A stretch of DNA of 64,000 nucleotides from Botryllus schlosseri (Eukaryota). Made by a program: the position numbers and the translations under genes. This document shows positions 33,601-48,300 of the stretch, piece by piece. The stretch spans positions 558,001 to 622,000 of the forward strand of contig CM119372.1 in NCBI GenBank assembly GCA_051294905.1, read 5' to 3'. The number at the start of each line of letters is the position of its first letter. Position 1 is the stretch's first letter. The notes beneath the pieces are model-generated. The model was not told where the DNA came from and did not search any database. It saw nothing but the letters and a program-made list of their open reading frames with translations.

Positions 33601-35590
33601 AATAACTCTTAGTGGCAATGAGCGTATCATTTTAGTAGTAGAACCACGTTGTTCGTAATTTATGGAATAGATTCCATGAGAGGTTCCAATTTCAGGTGGT
33701 GATATTGGTGATGGATCAACTGTGCGATGTTTCGGTTCTGAAGAATTGCCGAAACGTTTTGGACGATCTTGGGAGAAAATGTGTCCGAAATGAGTGAGTC
33801 TTCAGATTTCGTAAATATTCAGGCTGCTACCAGACTTCGACAACTAGGTAATTCTGTTTCTCTGATTAAACTGCTTAAAATGAACTGCCAGCAATCTAAT
33901 TCTAATCTGATTTGTGATACGTTTCTATGATCTCATTTTGATTCTAATCAGATTTCTGGTTTTCCTGAAAACGCTGAACGTGATTTAATTGTTGTATTTA
34001 TTTTCAAGTCAGCTTTGAATTTAGTTTCTCTAATTGTAATCTAATTTGGAAGAAACTGTGTATCTATCATTCTGATTCTGATCTAATTTGGAAGAGCTGA
34101 ACATTTTTCTAGTTGTACAAATTTGCTTAAAGCTTCATTCTGTTTCTCAACCAAATGTACTATTTTGAATCTCTACCTACGCACTTGACCAATTTTCAGA
34201 CTTTTTTTTTGTTTCACTGGAAACGGTTTTGAATCGTCCTGGGAATTGCTGCTTGTAATTGAGTAAAATTTTACGTTGTTGCTTGCTTTGACCACATCTC
34301 GGGTGTGTTGAGTGTCGCTCTCACCCGAATATTTGATCCGTCGCAAGAGATCACGTGCTAATTTCTTCCCCAGGAAAGATTTCGATGAAATACTGGCTCT
34401 GAAATGTCACGAGGTTTCCACGATCCTTTCTCTCTGCTGCGAACGACTTTCCAAGGACAAGCCGGATTTGACGGCGCTCGTCAAGATGTGAGTTTACGTG
34501 GCGACTTGGGATTTTCACTCGCAACCGTACATACTCGGGAGTTGTCCAATAAGACTAAATATCAGAGCGACATGCCGGTAATGTAATTATGATCTAATTT
34601 GTGAATTGTTTCCATGCCCTCATTCAAGTTCTAATCTCATTTCTGCTTTTCCTGAAAATGCTACAGCAGAACTGACATTTGCCTTTGATGTGATATGAAT
34701 TCATGTCTTTCTTGCTCATTCAGAATCTAAATTCATTTCGTAGTTGTTGCATGCTCAGTCATTCATGTTCTACTATAATTCCAATGTGAAGACACTCTTT
34801 CAGAACGTCAATATGCAATTGAATAATATGCAGGAGTTTGTGTATCATCTTAAAATAGTGCATTGAGCTTGAGCTATTTCTTCGCCACGATGGTTGGAAT
34901 TTTCATGCCAATGACATCAGATTTTGTGATACGATTGTATTGTCCAACTGTACAGGCTTCTAAAAGAGAACGACGCCGGAATTCAGCTGGGATGCGAAAA
35001 AGTGATTCGCGATTCTCTCATGAAATTTCTGTTCACGAAACTGCCCGCATTCCTGCAACTTGTTCAGACTCTCTCGAACACCAAAGTGGTGAGTGAAAAA
35101 TCGGCTACTATTCCAAACATTTGCATTCTATCATATGATACTTGACAGTTTTCATTCAAAAACCTAGGCCTAGCGGACTTGCTTTATAATTACTTTGAAA
35201 TTGCTACTTCAAGTTGTGCTTGAGTGTAAATCATTTATTATACTCCGAGGTAACGAAGTACTTGTCAGAGTGCTTCAAGTAGATTTTGACTACTTCAGTT
35301 TGTTCAACTCCGATTCTATCTTGCAGGGCGAGGAACCGACGGCCCTGTCGTGCATGCAGTCGCTGTTTAGCGGCATGCAGTCCATGAGAGACTCCGACAA
35401 ATGGTGCGCTACATGCTGGGAAGGTTCCGCGCCTTTGCAATGCAGTGCATGCAGAAAAGTGACCTTTCTCTCTATCTGGAATGACTATCGTTTATCGTCA
35501 TCATCCCTTTTTTTGTTTCAGGTACGCTACTGCAGTCAGAGATGTCAGAAACTAAACTGGTTTATTCATAAGAAGAAATGTTCGAAATAA
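27683..35590 (+). CDS. ANKMY2: Ankyrin repeat and MYND domain-containing protein 2 (10 exons, 376 aa)
   Basis: Phase-consistent GT-AG exons 27683-27806, 29342-29406, 32179-32317, 32933-33031, 33097-33254, 33696-33793, 34374-34487, 34956-35088, 35327-35458 and 35522-35590 (1131 nt). Ankyrin repeats (SPLLQAAYRG, TPLMMAAISG, GKTASDLASFVGQHD), the NFHPVK motif, and a C-terminal MYND finger CATC..CSAC..YCSQRCQ..W..HKKKC. Confidence 0.92.
29415..31016. mobile_element. hAT-type element with (ATTACA)n subterminal repeats, in ANKMY2 intron 2
   Basis: TIR cagagttggatcaatt/aattgatccaactctg with 8-bp flanks GTCAGTAC (29407-29414) and GCCAGTAC (31017-31024). Confidence 0.8.
30292..30609. mobile_element. 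Nested hAT-type MITE, same family as 2121-2383
   Basis: Ends cactggttctc/gagaaccactg with flanks GTTTAGAC/GTTTAGCC. Confidence 0.7.
32650..32892. repeat. ~43-bp minisatellite (reverse orientation) in ANKMY2 intron 3
   Basis: About 5-6 units of ctaattgtaatctaatttggaaaaaa.tgtagctatcatt. Confidence 0.8.
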
Positions 35591-36306
35591 CGTCACGTGG
35601 GGTGCTTGTCAGATATAAATTTACAGGGTGTTACGGGCTTGTTGCAAAATTAACTTTGTACCGAACGAGTCTTGAAACGACCAGCCGCATGCGAAGAGTT
35701 ACACTTGAATGCCCGATGTATTAAGTACTCCAATCCTTGCCGCTGCTGTGGAAGCTTCAAAACCTCGATTGGTCGTACAGAGCTAGACACCATACTGGAA
35801 ATGGCATAACTGTCTAGTCGTGAACAAGCCCCAGCATTGGCACGAAGTAGCTTATGTGCATGTTGCACATTTTGATAAAATGAACTGCGCTTGCGCATCG
35901 TTAACTTTGAAACAATGCGAAATCAAACATAGCCAAAAGGATGGCTGGAAAATTTTCCGTCTACTTTTGAGAATGCGAGTTATGTGTGGTTTTTGTCTTA
36001 TACATGTACGTCGCAAGCCTTCATGATATCACTCCCCGCAACACTGATTTTGTGGGTATTTTTGCGTCTTGATTTCAAGAATAAAATCATCGTCTCCGAA
36101 AGTATTCATATTTTCATGAGGTTAGCAGCACATAATTACAGAAAGTAGAATATTCTTCAATCAACCTGCTGACCAGAGTTTGAGAAGGTTTGATTTATGT
36201 AATCACGATCATATATATTTAGATTTCAACAAACAGGCGGAAACACAAAACGAACCTGATACTAGTAGCAATATGCAAAATATAATTTTTGAAATGAAAA
36301 ATAAAA

Positions 36307-39300
36307 TTATCGCGTCCGGACCCGCAACCTTTCGGTCTCGAGGGACTGTAGCTTTTCGTTGATGTTGTATGTCGCAACGGTGATTTCGTAGCTGGTTCTC
36401 GGCGTCAAGCGCGTGATAGATCTGAAATTGATGTTTATGTAGTTCAGATACAAGTATGAATTACCGCGATACCGAGTTAAATTAGTATTATTGAATTTGT
36501 ACAATTAGAGTAGATTCTCTCGCGAACATGAACTGAACACCAACATTTTATGGCTTTTCCAAATTTCATTATGAATAGAGTGCTACATTGTTCATTGTTT
36601 TATTTCCAAATTCGATTCAAATTGGAATTACTGAATTAGCAAAAAACTTCCGAATTACAAAGAAATGCGTCGTGAGAATGGCAAATGTCTGTACAGCAAG
36701 GTTGGATCGTTTCACACAATACAGTTCTCCTGTTGCGTTTTCAGGAATTAGATTACGATGAAAATGAGAGAGGGCATAGAAACATTTTGCAGATTAGAAT
36801 TAAACACCACGACTTTTCGAACTAGTAAGTAATTTCAGTTTCTTAGGCTAACCAGATCTGAAATAAATACATACTGAGAAATATCTACTCGCAACACCTC
36901 TACTCGTGAGTACTCCAAGAAAGTGTTGCCAACTGTCACTGACATGGTTACGAAGTCAGACTGGCTGCTTTACAGATTTTTAGGCATAACTAGGACTTGA
37001 ACATTTACGTAAATTCACGGATATTTGTGTAATTTACATAAAAATTGTGCCATCACAGTGTTTTTAGTATCATATCGGTGAAAGTATGCAAACCCTAGGT
37101 AAATCTACTTTTCAGAATGACTTGAACACTCTGTATGCCCATCATTTTCTACTGCCACTTGAAATGGTTTTGACTTCTGCTCTAGCACCAACTTTGACCC
37201 CCTCTGGAATTAAATTACCAGCATTCCGTTGTAATCAGACGACTAGGAGTTATGACAGCTCTTACTTTGCGTTAGTTCTTTGCACCGGGAATCTTCGAAA
37301 CGCTGTCTTTGCTCCGGCTTTGTACACCCGGACGATGTATCCGAGTGCAGAATTACCGCGTCGGACCGGATTCCATCGGATCGATACAAAGGTTCGTGAT
37401 GCGAACGATAATTTCAGTTCACTGGGGGCTGGAGGTTTCACTGGAAACAGGAAGAGCTTTGGAAATTGCACGGTGGGTTTCCAAACGAGAAATATCGAAA
37501 GTCAAAAGACAATATACGGTTACCATATTTTGGGATTCGGAAGAGAGAACACTTTTTGCAAATCGCCAAATCAGACGGGAATGAATACGGGTAAATTGAA
37601 AATTGCGACTGGGAATACCGTTGTGTTGGTCATTTTTCCAGATCTTGCATCATTTATGGCGTTTTTTAGTTGTGCCTCTAAAATCGCCTCGCTGTCAAGG
37701 CTATTAAGGAGGTCGAATTGCAAAAAAGGACGACGTTTGGCAACCAAATCTGACAATAAAGTGATGCAAAAACCCAGAATAGTTGTAATGATCCACAATT
37801 CTTCATTGACTTGTCAATTTCATAAAAACGAAGAATGACTCAACTTGAGACAATCTGTATGACACGTTCGTGATACATTCATTTTTAGTACTCTTAACAT
37901 GTTTATTCAAACATTGAAGAGACAATTTCTGGGCCGATTTTTCAAAGAGACGTGTTACGTCTCAAGTCATACGACTCGGTCACGTTGAGTCATTTTCCGT
38001 TTTTAAGAAAATGACAGTCAACAGTAAATTGTGACTCGAATCACAATGAGAGTAATGTCGGATTAGGGCTGCGCTGCCCCCGAGGTAATTTTGGTATGAA
38101 ATACAGGCAGAAGAAAACAACAGACGAATGTCAGTTAATAGGTGGGACTTATTGCAAGAACGGGAGACGCAGTCAGTAGGCAAACATCGACAAATCAGTT
38201 CACCTGCTGCAGGACTTTTGGTCGTGATCAATTCCGAATACAGGGTAGTCTCGTCTTCGGAAACCGCAGTGATTTCGTACTCCGTTCCCGGTTGTAATCC
38301 AGTGAAGCGAACACTGCTCGAGTTTTGACGAATCAAAATCGTATCGGCGACCTGAAATCGTATCATGAGGATTTGCAGAGGCTGCTGACAGACTTCGACA
38401 ATTAGACCGGATTAGACCGAAATGATCGTATTCTACTACTTCCAAATTCTCACGAATTCTGTAATGGTAATCTAATTTGAAAAAATGTGATCCAAACACT
38501 AACCTCTGTCCTGCTAATTTGACGTATGCTGAAAATCACCGTCTTTGACGGCAGTTTACCGCTCGGCGTCAGCGCAATCATTCGTTGGTAAATGTTTGCC
38601 ACTTCCACCTTGAACTCTCCTAAAAACATCATTCGATAAGGACTCTTGTGGTGCAGGAACTCAATACAGAATTGAAGAATATGTCCATATTGAAATGGAC
38701 CCGGATAGTTTCATTTGAAACACTCGCCAGGGGTAATTGTCAGCACGTAGTAGAGAATCGGAAAGAACGTAATAAACTCTCGATAGCTTCTTGAGTCAGA
38801 CAGTACATGTTATGTTCTTGATCTTGTTTGAATAATAACTCAATACGACGAGGTTGCAATAAGAAATCAGTATATTATCAGCAGTATGACTTTACGACAG
38901 GCGACACGATCCAGAGTGCAGTTAAATGAAAAACCATGAGACAACAGAACACAGGGTACAAATACAACGCAAGGCACACGAGGAAATAATGATTGGCGCT
39001 AATTACTAGTCCTATACAAAATAGAGTGAAACGATACCAACGTAAATACACGAACATAACAGTACATACCAAGAATAACTTCGAGCAACGGATCTTCTAA
39101 CAGCGGGGTCATCGCTTCCGTGAAGTCTTCCAGCCCGGATGATTCAGAGTCGTCAAAATCGGGAGACTGAAAAAGAATGGTTGTGTTCATTTTGGGTACA
39201 TTTATCCACGACAGCAGCTCCCATTTTTGGGATTAGCTTACTCCAGTGTGCTATGTTCCTAGACAAATTCCATTTCTAATTACCAGTTTTTAAGCTGAGA

Positions 39301-42300
39301 CTACTAACTTTGGCAAGTAGAAAGCAATTTAGACACATGTTTGCGTTTAAATTTCACAATTGAGAAAAATAGCCATTGTATGAAGATAGACTTTTTCTCT
39401 CAAATTCTACTGGCTTACTTGATAAAATTGTAAGGTTACCTAATCGAAGCCTGCACACCAAATTTGGTTCGATTCCAACCAGTAGCCGCATTGCTACAGG
39501 AGAGGAAAGTTTTTTTATTTATTATATGAAAAAAAATTTTCTGTTCACCCCATGAAATATTTAGGTTGTCTATAGAAACGATGCTCACCAAAATGGGCTC
39601 AATTCCAACCACTGGAAGCAGAGTTCTTGCCGTCGAAATATTTTGGATTTGAATAAAACAGTATTTACAATGAACGATTCTTTAATTATTTATTATAGTT
39701 GTGCCCGCAGTAAATACTATTTTATTCAAATCGAATTTTTTCGTCATAAATGACTCCGCTTTCGCTGGTTGGAATTGAGCCAAATTTGGTGAACATCGTG
39801 TCTATAGACAACCGAACAGTATCATGGGGTTAACGGAAAAATTTGAAATTTTTTTATTCATTTTTTGATAATAAATAAAAAACTTTCTTCTCCTGTAGCA
39901 ATGCGGCTGCTAGTTGGAATTGAACCAAATTTGGTGTGTAGGCTTAAATTTGGTTACCTAACAGTTTTATCAAGTAGCTGGTAGAATTTGAGAAAAAAAG
40001 TCATTTTGAACAGCGCTACTGAGTATATTTTTGAATATCGAGGCTATTTATCAATTTTTGCTACTAGTCATTTGGAGTCTGTGGTGAAGACTAGGGCCCG
40101 AATCATTTTTTAAACCGATACTGATAAATTTGGCCGATATCCAAAAGATGGCGTTGCCAAAATTCCATTTTGAGAGCTATTGCTACGCCTGGACAATGGA
40201 CATGAAATAAACTAGAAAGACCGCATCTATCCGCACAACTGTAAGCTATAAGAAATAGATCAATATTCCCATTCTATCAGTCAGAGATGATAGTTCTCTC
40301 ACTATGTGATGCTAATATTTTTTGCCTCCTTCGTTCAAAATGTGATATCGTCTCCATATTATCAGGTGAAAATACGAAATCCATCTTAAAAGCATGCGAC
40401 CAATGGACTCAAATCTACTTTTTGAAACTGCTCGAGTACTTTTTAGTGTACTTCCCTTTTGTACTCCCATTCGAGCGTTCTTGTTTTTGATTAGAAATTT
40501 ATGACATCCCTAATACTCTCCTCTTTAATCCCTATTTACGGTCAATAAAAAAGGCACGAATGATGGCAACATTTTTGAAACAGGATTTTCCAAATGAAGC
40601 AGGGCTCAAAGCAAACTCACCGATACAAAAATAGTCGTGAGCAGCGAAGCGATTTCTAGCGCCAGTTTATCGGCTCCGGACTTTCGAAAACTGGCGGGGC
40701 TCGTCGACAAAGTCCTGCTGATGGCGAGTATTTCGTTGAACGCGTCTTGGTTTTTATCGATGTTGTTTGCGTCGACGCTCTTTTCAATTCTCACATCTTC
40801 AAAACCTGATTGGAGGCAAACAACTACAATATACAATTGAATGACATATTCATCGGGGTTGTAATGACTTGAGTCTGAATTATTGGAAGGCTGGACTTGA
40901 CTTGACTTGAGTAATTTTCTTGAAAATGTAAAATGACTCGACTTGTGACTCGTCACCTTGGCTACAACCTTGGCTACAATTCTGATATTGAAATAAACCC
41001 GAATATATTTTGCTATATTTTCGAAAGTTTCATTCAGCTGTATACTTCAAATTACTCCATGCGCTAGACATACCGGCGTCAAGTAGAAAACTGCGAACGG
41101 CTTCGATGCTGCTTCGCAAAAGTACTTGAAACGACGATTTCTCTTTGAAGACTACATTCCCGAATTCGTCTCTCGCGTGTTCCGTTCTGTAAAAACGATT
41201 TATCGCAAATTCCAGCGAGTTCATAGTGCCAAATTTATTTATTTCATTTTTTGAATTAATTTCATCATAGTTATTGTGTTATTGATTAATTTATTTGTTA
41301 CTATTGTGACGCAGCAAACAATATGCTTGTATTGTGAAATTCATTAATAACATTATAATATCCTTTATTCAAGGTGACACAAGCACACACACACACAATC
41401 CGGGAAGCCTACGGAAAATGTCGCGATTGAATTTAACTTTCAAAACTTCAGTAATAGAGTCAAATTTTTTCTATGCAATACATGAGAGTATTATAATAAT
41501 TATAATTATTATTGAAGATTTGGGTTGCTCAAAATTACCTTTTCTTTTAAATTTTTGCGGCTATTAGCTAAAATTGCTAGGTTGGCTAAATAAAACAATC
41601 GACACCAAATTTGGCTCAATTCCAACGGGTACAAGTAAAACTGCGAAAATTTGACAAATATTCATTATTATTGTGAGAGAATGTGACAAACCTCGGCATG
41701 GACACCATCCTATCGACAAGCGATCTCAAAGCTTCCTCTAAATTTGTCGGCACGGCCGTTTTCGATTCGATAATTTCTTCGACGATCGACTGTTCGGGGT
41801 CCCTTTCTGGGACCTCGAACTCGTTCAGTTCTGCCTCAAAACGATCCTGGGCCGGGGAGGTTCGAACCGTTTTCATTTTTGCCTCCCCCGTGACGCCCGA
41901 GATACCGATCGCTCGGATTTCGACTCTATACGACGTTTCCGGATCCAGATTCTGGATTACGATCTAAAAAGAGAATATTTTCAGGAAAAATTAATTTCAG
42001 CGACGCCTGACGAATTGATCAAACTACTAATGTAGATAGATGACGGTCAACTAGCTACTTTTTTTTGATCAGTTCTAGTTCTAGTTGAGCATTAAAAAGC
42101 AATTTAGTCGCCAAACAACAAAAAAACACTTGCCGTAAATCGTGATACCGCTTTTCCGTTGTGAGATGTTCTTAATTTTCACTACCAACAGTGGCGAAGC
42201 CAGTTTTAAGGGTTGGAACCCCTCCCTTCCTTTTAAAATGTCGGTTCTATCTCCAATATTTCCTAGCTTATATTCAATCCAGTAATTCGTGCTATCAGTG

Positions 42301-45300
42301 CTGCCAATAAGCGAGTTGCTGCAGAATTCAGTCTAGTTACCGTACTTGTGTTTTAGTTTGTTAGTTAAGGATCTTTAAAGGTCGTTAGTTCCGGTTTTAA
42401 TTGAGACTTTTGAAATCATGTGATTCCAGTTGTGATTGTAGTTGCGACTTTTTGAAAGTAAATAGTTCTAGTTGTACATTTTTAAAAATGAGTAGTTCTA
42501 GTTCTAGTTGGTAGTTTTGAAAGTAAGTAGTTCTAGTTGCACATTTTGAAAAGTGGGTAGTTCTAGTTCTAGTTGGTTTTTAAAAACGAGTAGTTTTAGT
42601 TCTAGTTGATATTTTTGGAAAATGAGTAGTTCTAGTTTTAGTTGCTAGTTTTGAAAGGTGAGTAGTTCTTAGTTGTGAACGGCATTTTAAAAACCCAGTA
42701 GTTTGCACTAGTCTGCTGACAACTCACGGAATTTCCTCGGATATCGTCGAGAGTGCGTACAGCCTCCGACCCCCGGAAGACAGAGATAACGTAGCTGACC
42801 GCGTACGCAGCCGGCGACCAGCGTAGTCCGATTTCATTTTCCGATATTTTCGTCAGAAGCAGCAGTCTGATGAAGCCCGGCTTTGGAATCTCTATGCAAT
42901 GAAGAAAGGTTCAGTTTATTAACAAGGTCATGAATTCATAAACGCCGCAAGATTGCAATAAGGTGAAAAGATAGAAAGATGCCGAAACGTCTTGTGTAGT
43001 CTTTCAAATAGAAATCTTGCAATAGAACAGTGATTCCCAAACTACAACGGAGCAGTATATTCGTATTGAAACAAACCTGAATCTTTTCAGCTGACACTCG
43101 TCAGGGGCTATCGACAGCAAGTAGTAGACATTGTATAGCCGGTCAATCACGATTACCCAATATCCGGTTTCATTACAATATCAATATTCAATTGTATATT
43201 GAGGTTCTATACTTGCAAGAAGGTCTTCAAATGATTCCCCGACTGTATAAATATGTAAAATCAGACATGTATCACACTCACTTGTTTCAAACTCGACGGA
43301 AACTGATGGCTGAGATCTGTCAAACCTTCCGTTGGAAACCACCCGAACAAAATACGTCGTGTTGAAAGTGAGGCCTACAACGATGTATGGACTTTCCTTC
43401 ACGTTTCTGAAATTACAGCATTTCAGTAAAATAGTACATTTTTTGAAGTACTCAAGCAGGTTTCGGGAATGTTTTAAGCAGGGCCACAAGGTTCCGAGTC
43501 ACAAGTCAATCATATTTTGACTCAAGTCTAGTCGAGTCAATTTCAATTCACCACCGATTCAAGTCGAGTCCAAGTCATTGCGTTCACTCTTCAGTCACCA
43601 CGTGTGGTTATGGGTAATATCGAATGCCTCTATTTTATAACATACAAATTTTTCACACTCGGGTAACAGTTTATTGCCCGATTTTTCTTGCAGACAAAAT
43701 GTCAATAATCTAGTAACTTTATCAATCTTAAAAGTCGAGTCAGGCGCAATTGACTCGAGTCGAATCGAGTCATGATTCGACTCATTACTACCCTGCTTTC
43801 TTGACTACATCCACTTCTTACTGAATAGAAGTGTTTTTTTACACTTTTTTGAGTGGAATTGTCAAAAGAACCCGACAAAATAGACTCTCTGCCATTTATA
43901 CTGAATATACATTGAAAATTTGCACCTATTTGCAATGTCATTAGACATTTTGCTTTCTTAGGGTTGTTTTAGGGTTTTTACTTTTTTACTTGATATGTCG
44001 TGGACATTCCCACATCGCCGCGATGTAATCTAAGTGACATACGTAAATTTTTCAAATTTTGATGTCCATTTTTGAAATTGATAGAAAATCAAGTTTTTGC
44101 AAAATTTCTCTCGACCATGCTTATGTTTATCTTATTGTTTCAACGGTAATCACGGCCAAAATATGGCGGAAGGATTATGAAAATTTTACATAAAGTTAAT
44201 CTGCTCAAAATAGATAACACACACAAAATGGACATACGCCATTAAGTTTCCGCAGTGAAGATACATACTTTTAAATGAGCTCACAAAGTCACTTCTACTT
44301 CTACTTGAGCATGATAGATGAATACTTTTAACTCACCGAAACAACTTTTCAAATTCCTCGTCCTCCGTCGTGATTATAACGTCATAGGAGAGTGCTCTAG
44401 AGGCGTCGCCCCATTCCAAAACCGCGGTTTCAGCGGAAATGTCGGAAACCGCGACCCCCGTGGGTACTTCAGGTGTGTGGGGTAAAGTTTTCACGGACAA
44501 TCGCGGACGGCTTTCCTTTGTGACATCGCCGCCTTCACCCACACCCACGTACGAGATTTCGTAGTCCGTGAATTCGGACAGGCCGGAAATGTTTTGCTGA
44601 AGATTTGTCTCGTTTCTGTAGAAAATACACACACATAAAACAAGTTGGAACCCTGACATACAACAGCTAGAACTAGAACCACCACTTTTCAAAACTCACA
44701 ACTAGAATTACAAACTAGCCAAGTTACTATAAATAGTTGACCATCAACTAACTAAATTGTGACTTTGTACTAGCCCGTGGAAAATTTAAATATGCACCTT
44801 TTTACGACTACAAATAAAATAAAGCCAGATTTACATCACATTAACCATAATTAAGGTCTTTCGACCTCGCCTATTTTCATTGCACTTTGTGACAATCGAG
44901 GTTTCGAGGCATCTGCAGTAAAAAATATCACCAAAACTAGGTAGGTAGAACCCTCGCTGATAATGTAACTCTTAGCAGCGAGGAGCTTACAATATCAGTA
45001 ATCTATTTACAACAGTACTCCATGAGTGTTGAAAATTCAGTGATTCTAGTTCTAGATCTGAAATTGAGTAGTTCTAGGTCTCGTTGCTCGTTCTGAAAAT
45101 TGAGTTCAATTGCGCAATTGCGGGTTTTGAAAATCTAGTAGTTTAGTCAAAAAAAATACTTGGAAAAAAATAGCCGAAATTGTGACAGATATCGAACAAA
45201 TCCTAAATCCCGACGTACCCAATCTCCCGAACGATCTCCCCCCCGGTGCGAACTCTGAGCGCATAGGAAACCGCGTTTGGGAGCTCCAGGAACTCGACAG

Positions 45301-48300
45301 TGATAAAATTCCAGCCACGTTCTAGCAACCGCATCAACGCCGGTGACTCATCTCGCATGACCGGACTCGGATATCGAGCACCTGTCACAATCTCGGCGCT
45401 CCATGTCGAGTCAAAGTGAAGTCCGATGGCGATGACCCGGAACCGATACATCCTACCTGGGGTCAGACCTTTCACGTCGTAACGGGGGGACACAATGTTT
45501 CTGAAAGTGATCAGAGTATTTTTTAACATTATTATTACTATTATTTATTTATTATCAAGCCTACCCAGCCACTTTTGTCTCGTTGGTTTCCAAATCTGTG
45601 GACTCGACTTGATAAAACACAGCGCCGGGACTCACTGACCACTGCAGGGAGACAGAGTCTCTCGTAACCGACGACACAACGTCTGACGGAGCGGGAGGGG
45701 GTCCCGGGCCTGACAAAATTGTAAAAGAATATTAATTACATGAAAAAAATTATGCGAAAAAAAAAATTCACATGAATTTTTTTCAAGTGAAAGAATATTA
45801 GCACATGAAAAAAGTCTATTATTACATGTAAAATTACTTATGTAAAAAAGATTATTTCGTGAAAAAAATGATCATGAAGAAGATGTTCTCACGTGTTCTC
45901 AAGGTAGCCGGGTCGCTCTCCTCTGTTGCGTCTCCGCTTCGACCAACTGCTACAACAGTGACGGCGTATTCGGTATCGGGGAGGAGATTACGCACAGTCA
46001 GGAAGATGTCCTCGATGTCGCTGCATCGTAAAAAAATTTTATGATTGAAAACATGCAAAGATATTGCAAAATGTACAAAAAATTTCAAAAATGCTTCTTA
46101 TGATAAAAATGTGAAGCTGCTGCAAAATGTAAAGTATTACAAGACGAAAAATGTATGTGATGGAAAAAATGCAAACATGTTTAAAAATGTTCCAAATTTC
46201 AAAATGCAAGATGTGTTACGAAAAAAAGAGTCTCCTGATCGCCACTGCATCAAAGATGTTTGATGATGAAAAATGAAAAAGATAAGTCACAGGACAGCAG
46301 AATATTTTTTTGTCGACAGAAGGAACGCCTCTACACTTTTGGAATATTCCATTAATATTGTGTGTTGATGTATTGGATTATAATTGAATATCAACTCATT
46401 AAAGTTTGTTATGTATCGTTAGTACAGTATCTCACCTGTCAAATGCTTTATTTTTGTTATTATTATGTCACATATGCAACATATTTCCTATATTTCAAAT
46501 TTGACTCACTGTATTACTGACAGCTTTTAGTGAATAAATTATCAATTTCAAGTTATTGTTTCCCGAAAAGATCTTCGTTAATAAATCAACAATATCAAGT
46601 TGAAATTGAAGTTGAAATGATGTCGCAGAATGCACAAAATTGCAATAGCTACATTAAAAATATGTAGAACACAAAATATTCGCCACTACCTGATGATGAT
46701 GTCGTCCGCCGTTTCACTTCTAAGTATGATGGTGTACGAGACAGCATTGGGCACCTCCTTCCATTCGGCCCGCATCGAATCTGCGGACGCGTTGCTGAGT
46801 CGCAGGAAAGGCTCGTCGAATTCGGGCCAATATGGAGCGGGATATCCTGACAAGAAATATGACTTTGTATTTTCTGCGTCTCGTGGAATTGGAACCGCCA
46901 GACAAATTTACAAATTTTATCTTAAAAAAAGCGCGAATATGCGAATTTTTATGAGGACCATAACACAAACTGAACATTTGCGAATAAGGATTTTCTATTG
47001 AATAGTATATGGATATTGAAATGAACCCGAATATTTTCGGCTGACGCTCATCAGGGGAAATTGTCAGCAACTAGTGGAGAATTGGAAACAACATAGTATA
47101 TTAACAGCCTACTCATCAAATAGCCCTGTGTACCAGCCAAAAACATTCGAGTTCACTTCAATATGATGATATTATTCAGCTTCAATACTGCAGCTAACAA
47201 ACTTTGTACATCAACAACCATAATCAAACACATCACTGCGGTGTTCCCCCCGTGACTTACTCGTTGCTTGCACGATAGACGCAGATTCAGAACTGATCTG
47301 GCCATCTTCGGTCAAGGCATAAATCTCAAAGACGTATTGCGACCCGGGGTCGAGTTGGGTCACTTCGACCTCGTTCGCGACGATCCCGTCCACGGAAGAC
47401 TCCTGATCTGTTGGGAATCCGCTTTCATCCAGGGGCCGGAGGAGGAGGTCGTAGGCGGAGGCTCCTAAAGAAAAGGTAAAGTAGCAATTCCAAGTATATA
47501 AAAAGTAAATATTCTAGGCCTAGTTTTGTCTAAAAAACTGTCAAGTAGAAGCAGTCTAAAACGTAACTAATTGATGATTTCCACTACCTCCTGACCAAGT
47601 CGTTTTGCAAAGTGACTCGAGTCAAGTTATGGCTTTGTCTTCACTTTGTCAAAAGAATAATTAATGTCAAACTTTTCATTTCTAGCCCACCTTTGCTGTG
47701 TTGCCATTGCAACCCAACCGAGTTTGCTGTGACGAGATAAACCTCTAGCCCGGTGGGGGGTATGGGCGGCAACCTGGTCCTGGCCGGGTAACTGCTGCTG
47801 CTTGTCATGTCAGCTCTTCGTCTCCGTGATACCATCGTGATTTCGTACAGAGTGCCCGCAGTTAATCGGAACAAACGCACCGTGGTGATGTTTCCGACTA
47901 CTCTTTCGAGTGCGACGTCCGTTTCTACGTCGACAAGACGTATCGTGTAGGAGAGAGCGCCTGGAAATTGATTTCTTAATATTATTCAAAATACTGGAAT
48001 TGTTTTTTCTCTAAAAAATTTTCAGCTTTTCTGAACCAGAGTAGAATTAGAATGATAACTAAGCCGTTTTCTTTTCAATTTAGATTAGAACTAGAATGAG
48101 AGCAATTTTTCCAATTAGATTAGATTTAGAACACAGGTTCTTAATCAGGGGTTCACGGACCCATTGGGAGAACAAAACACCAAAGCAGGTGGTACGACAT
48201 ACGTTCTCGAATTAGGCCTATACGCTAGCTAGAGTCCAAAATTATTGTGCAAAGCAAAAAAAAATGTTTTCTGGACAGATTTATTAAAATAAAAATTTTC

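Noticed and set aside
37086..37838. 250-aa plus-strand ORF
   Set aside because: It is antisense to an FN3 exon and intronic repeats, with no recognisable domain.
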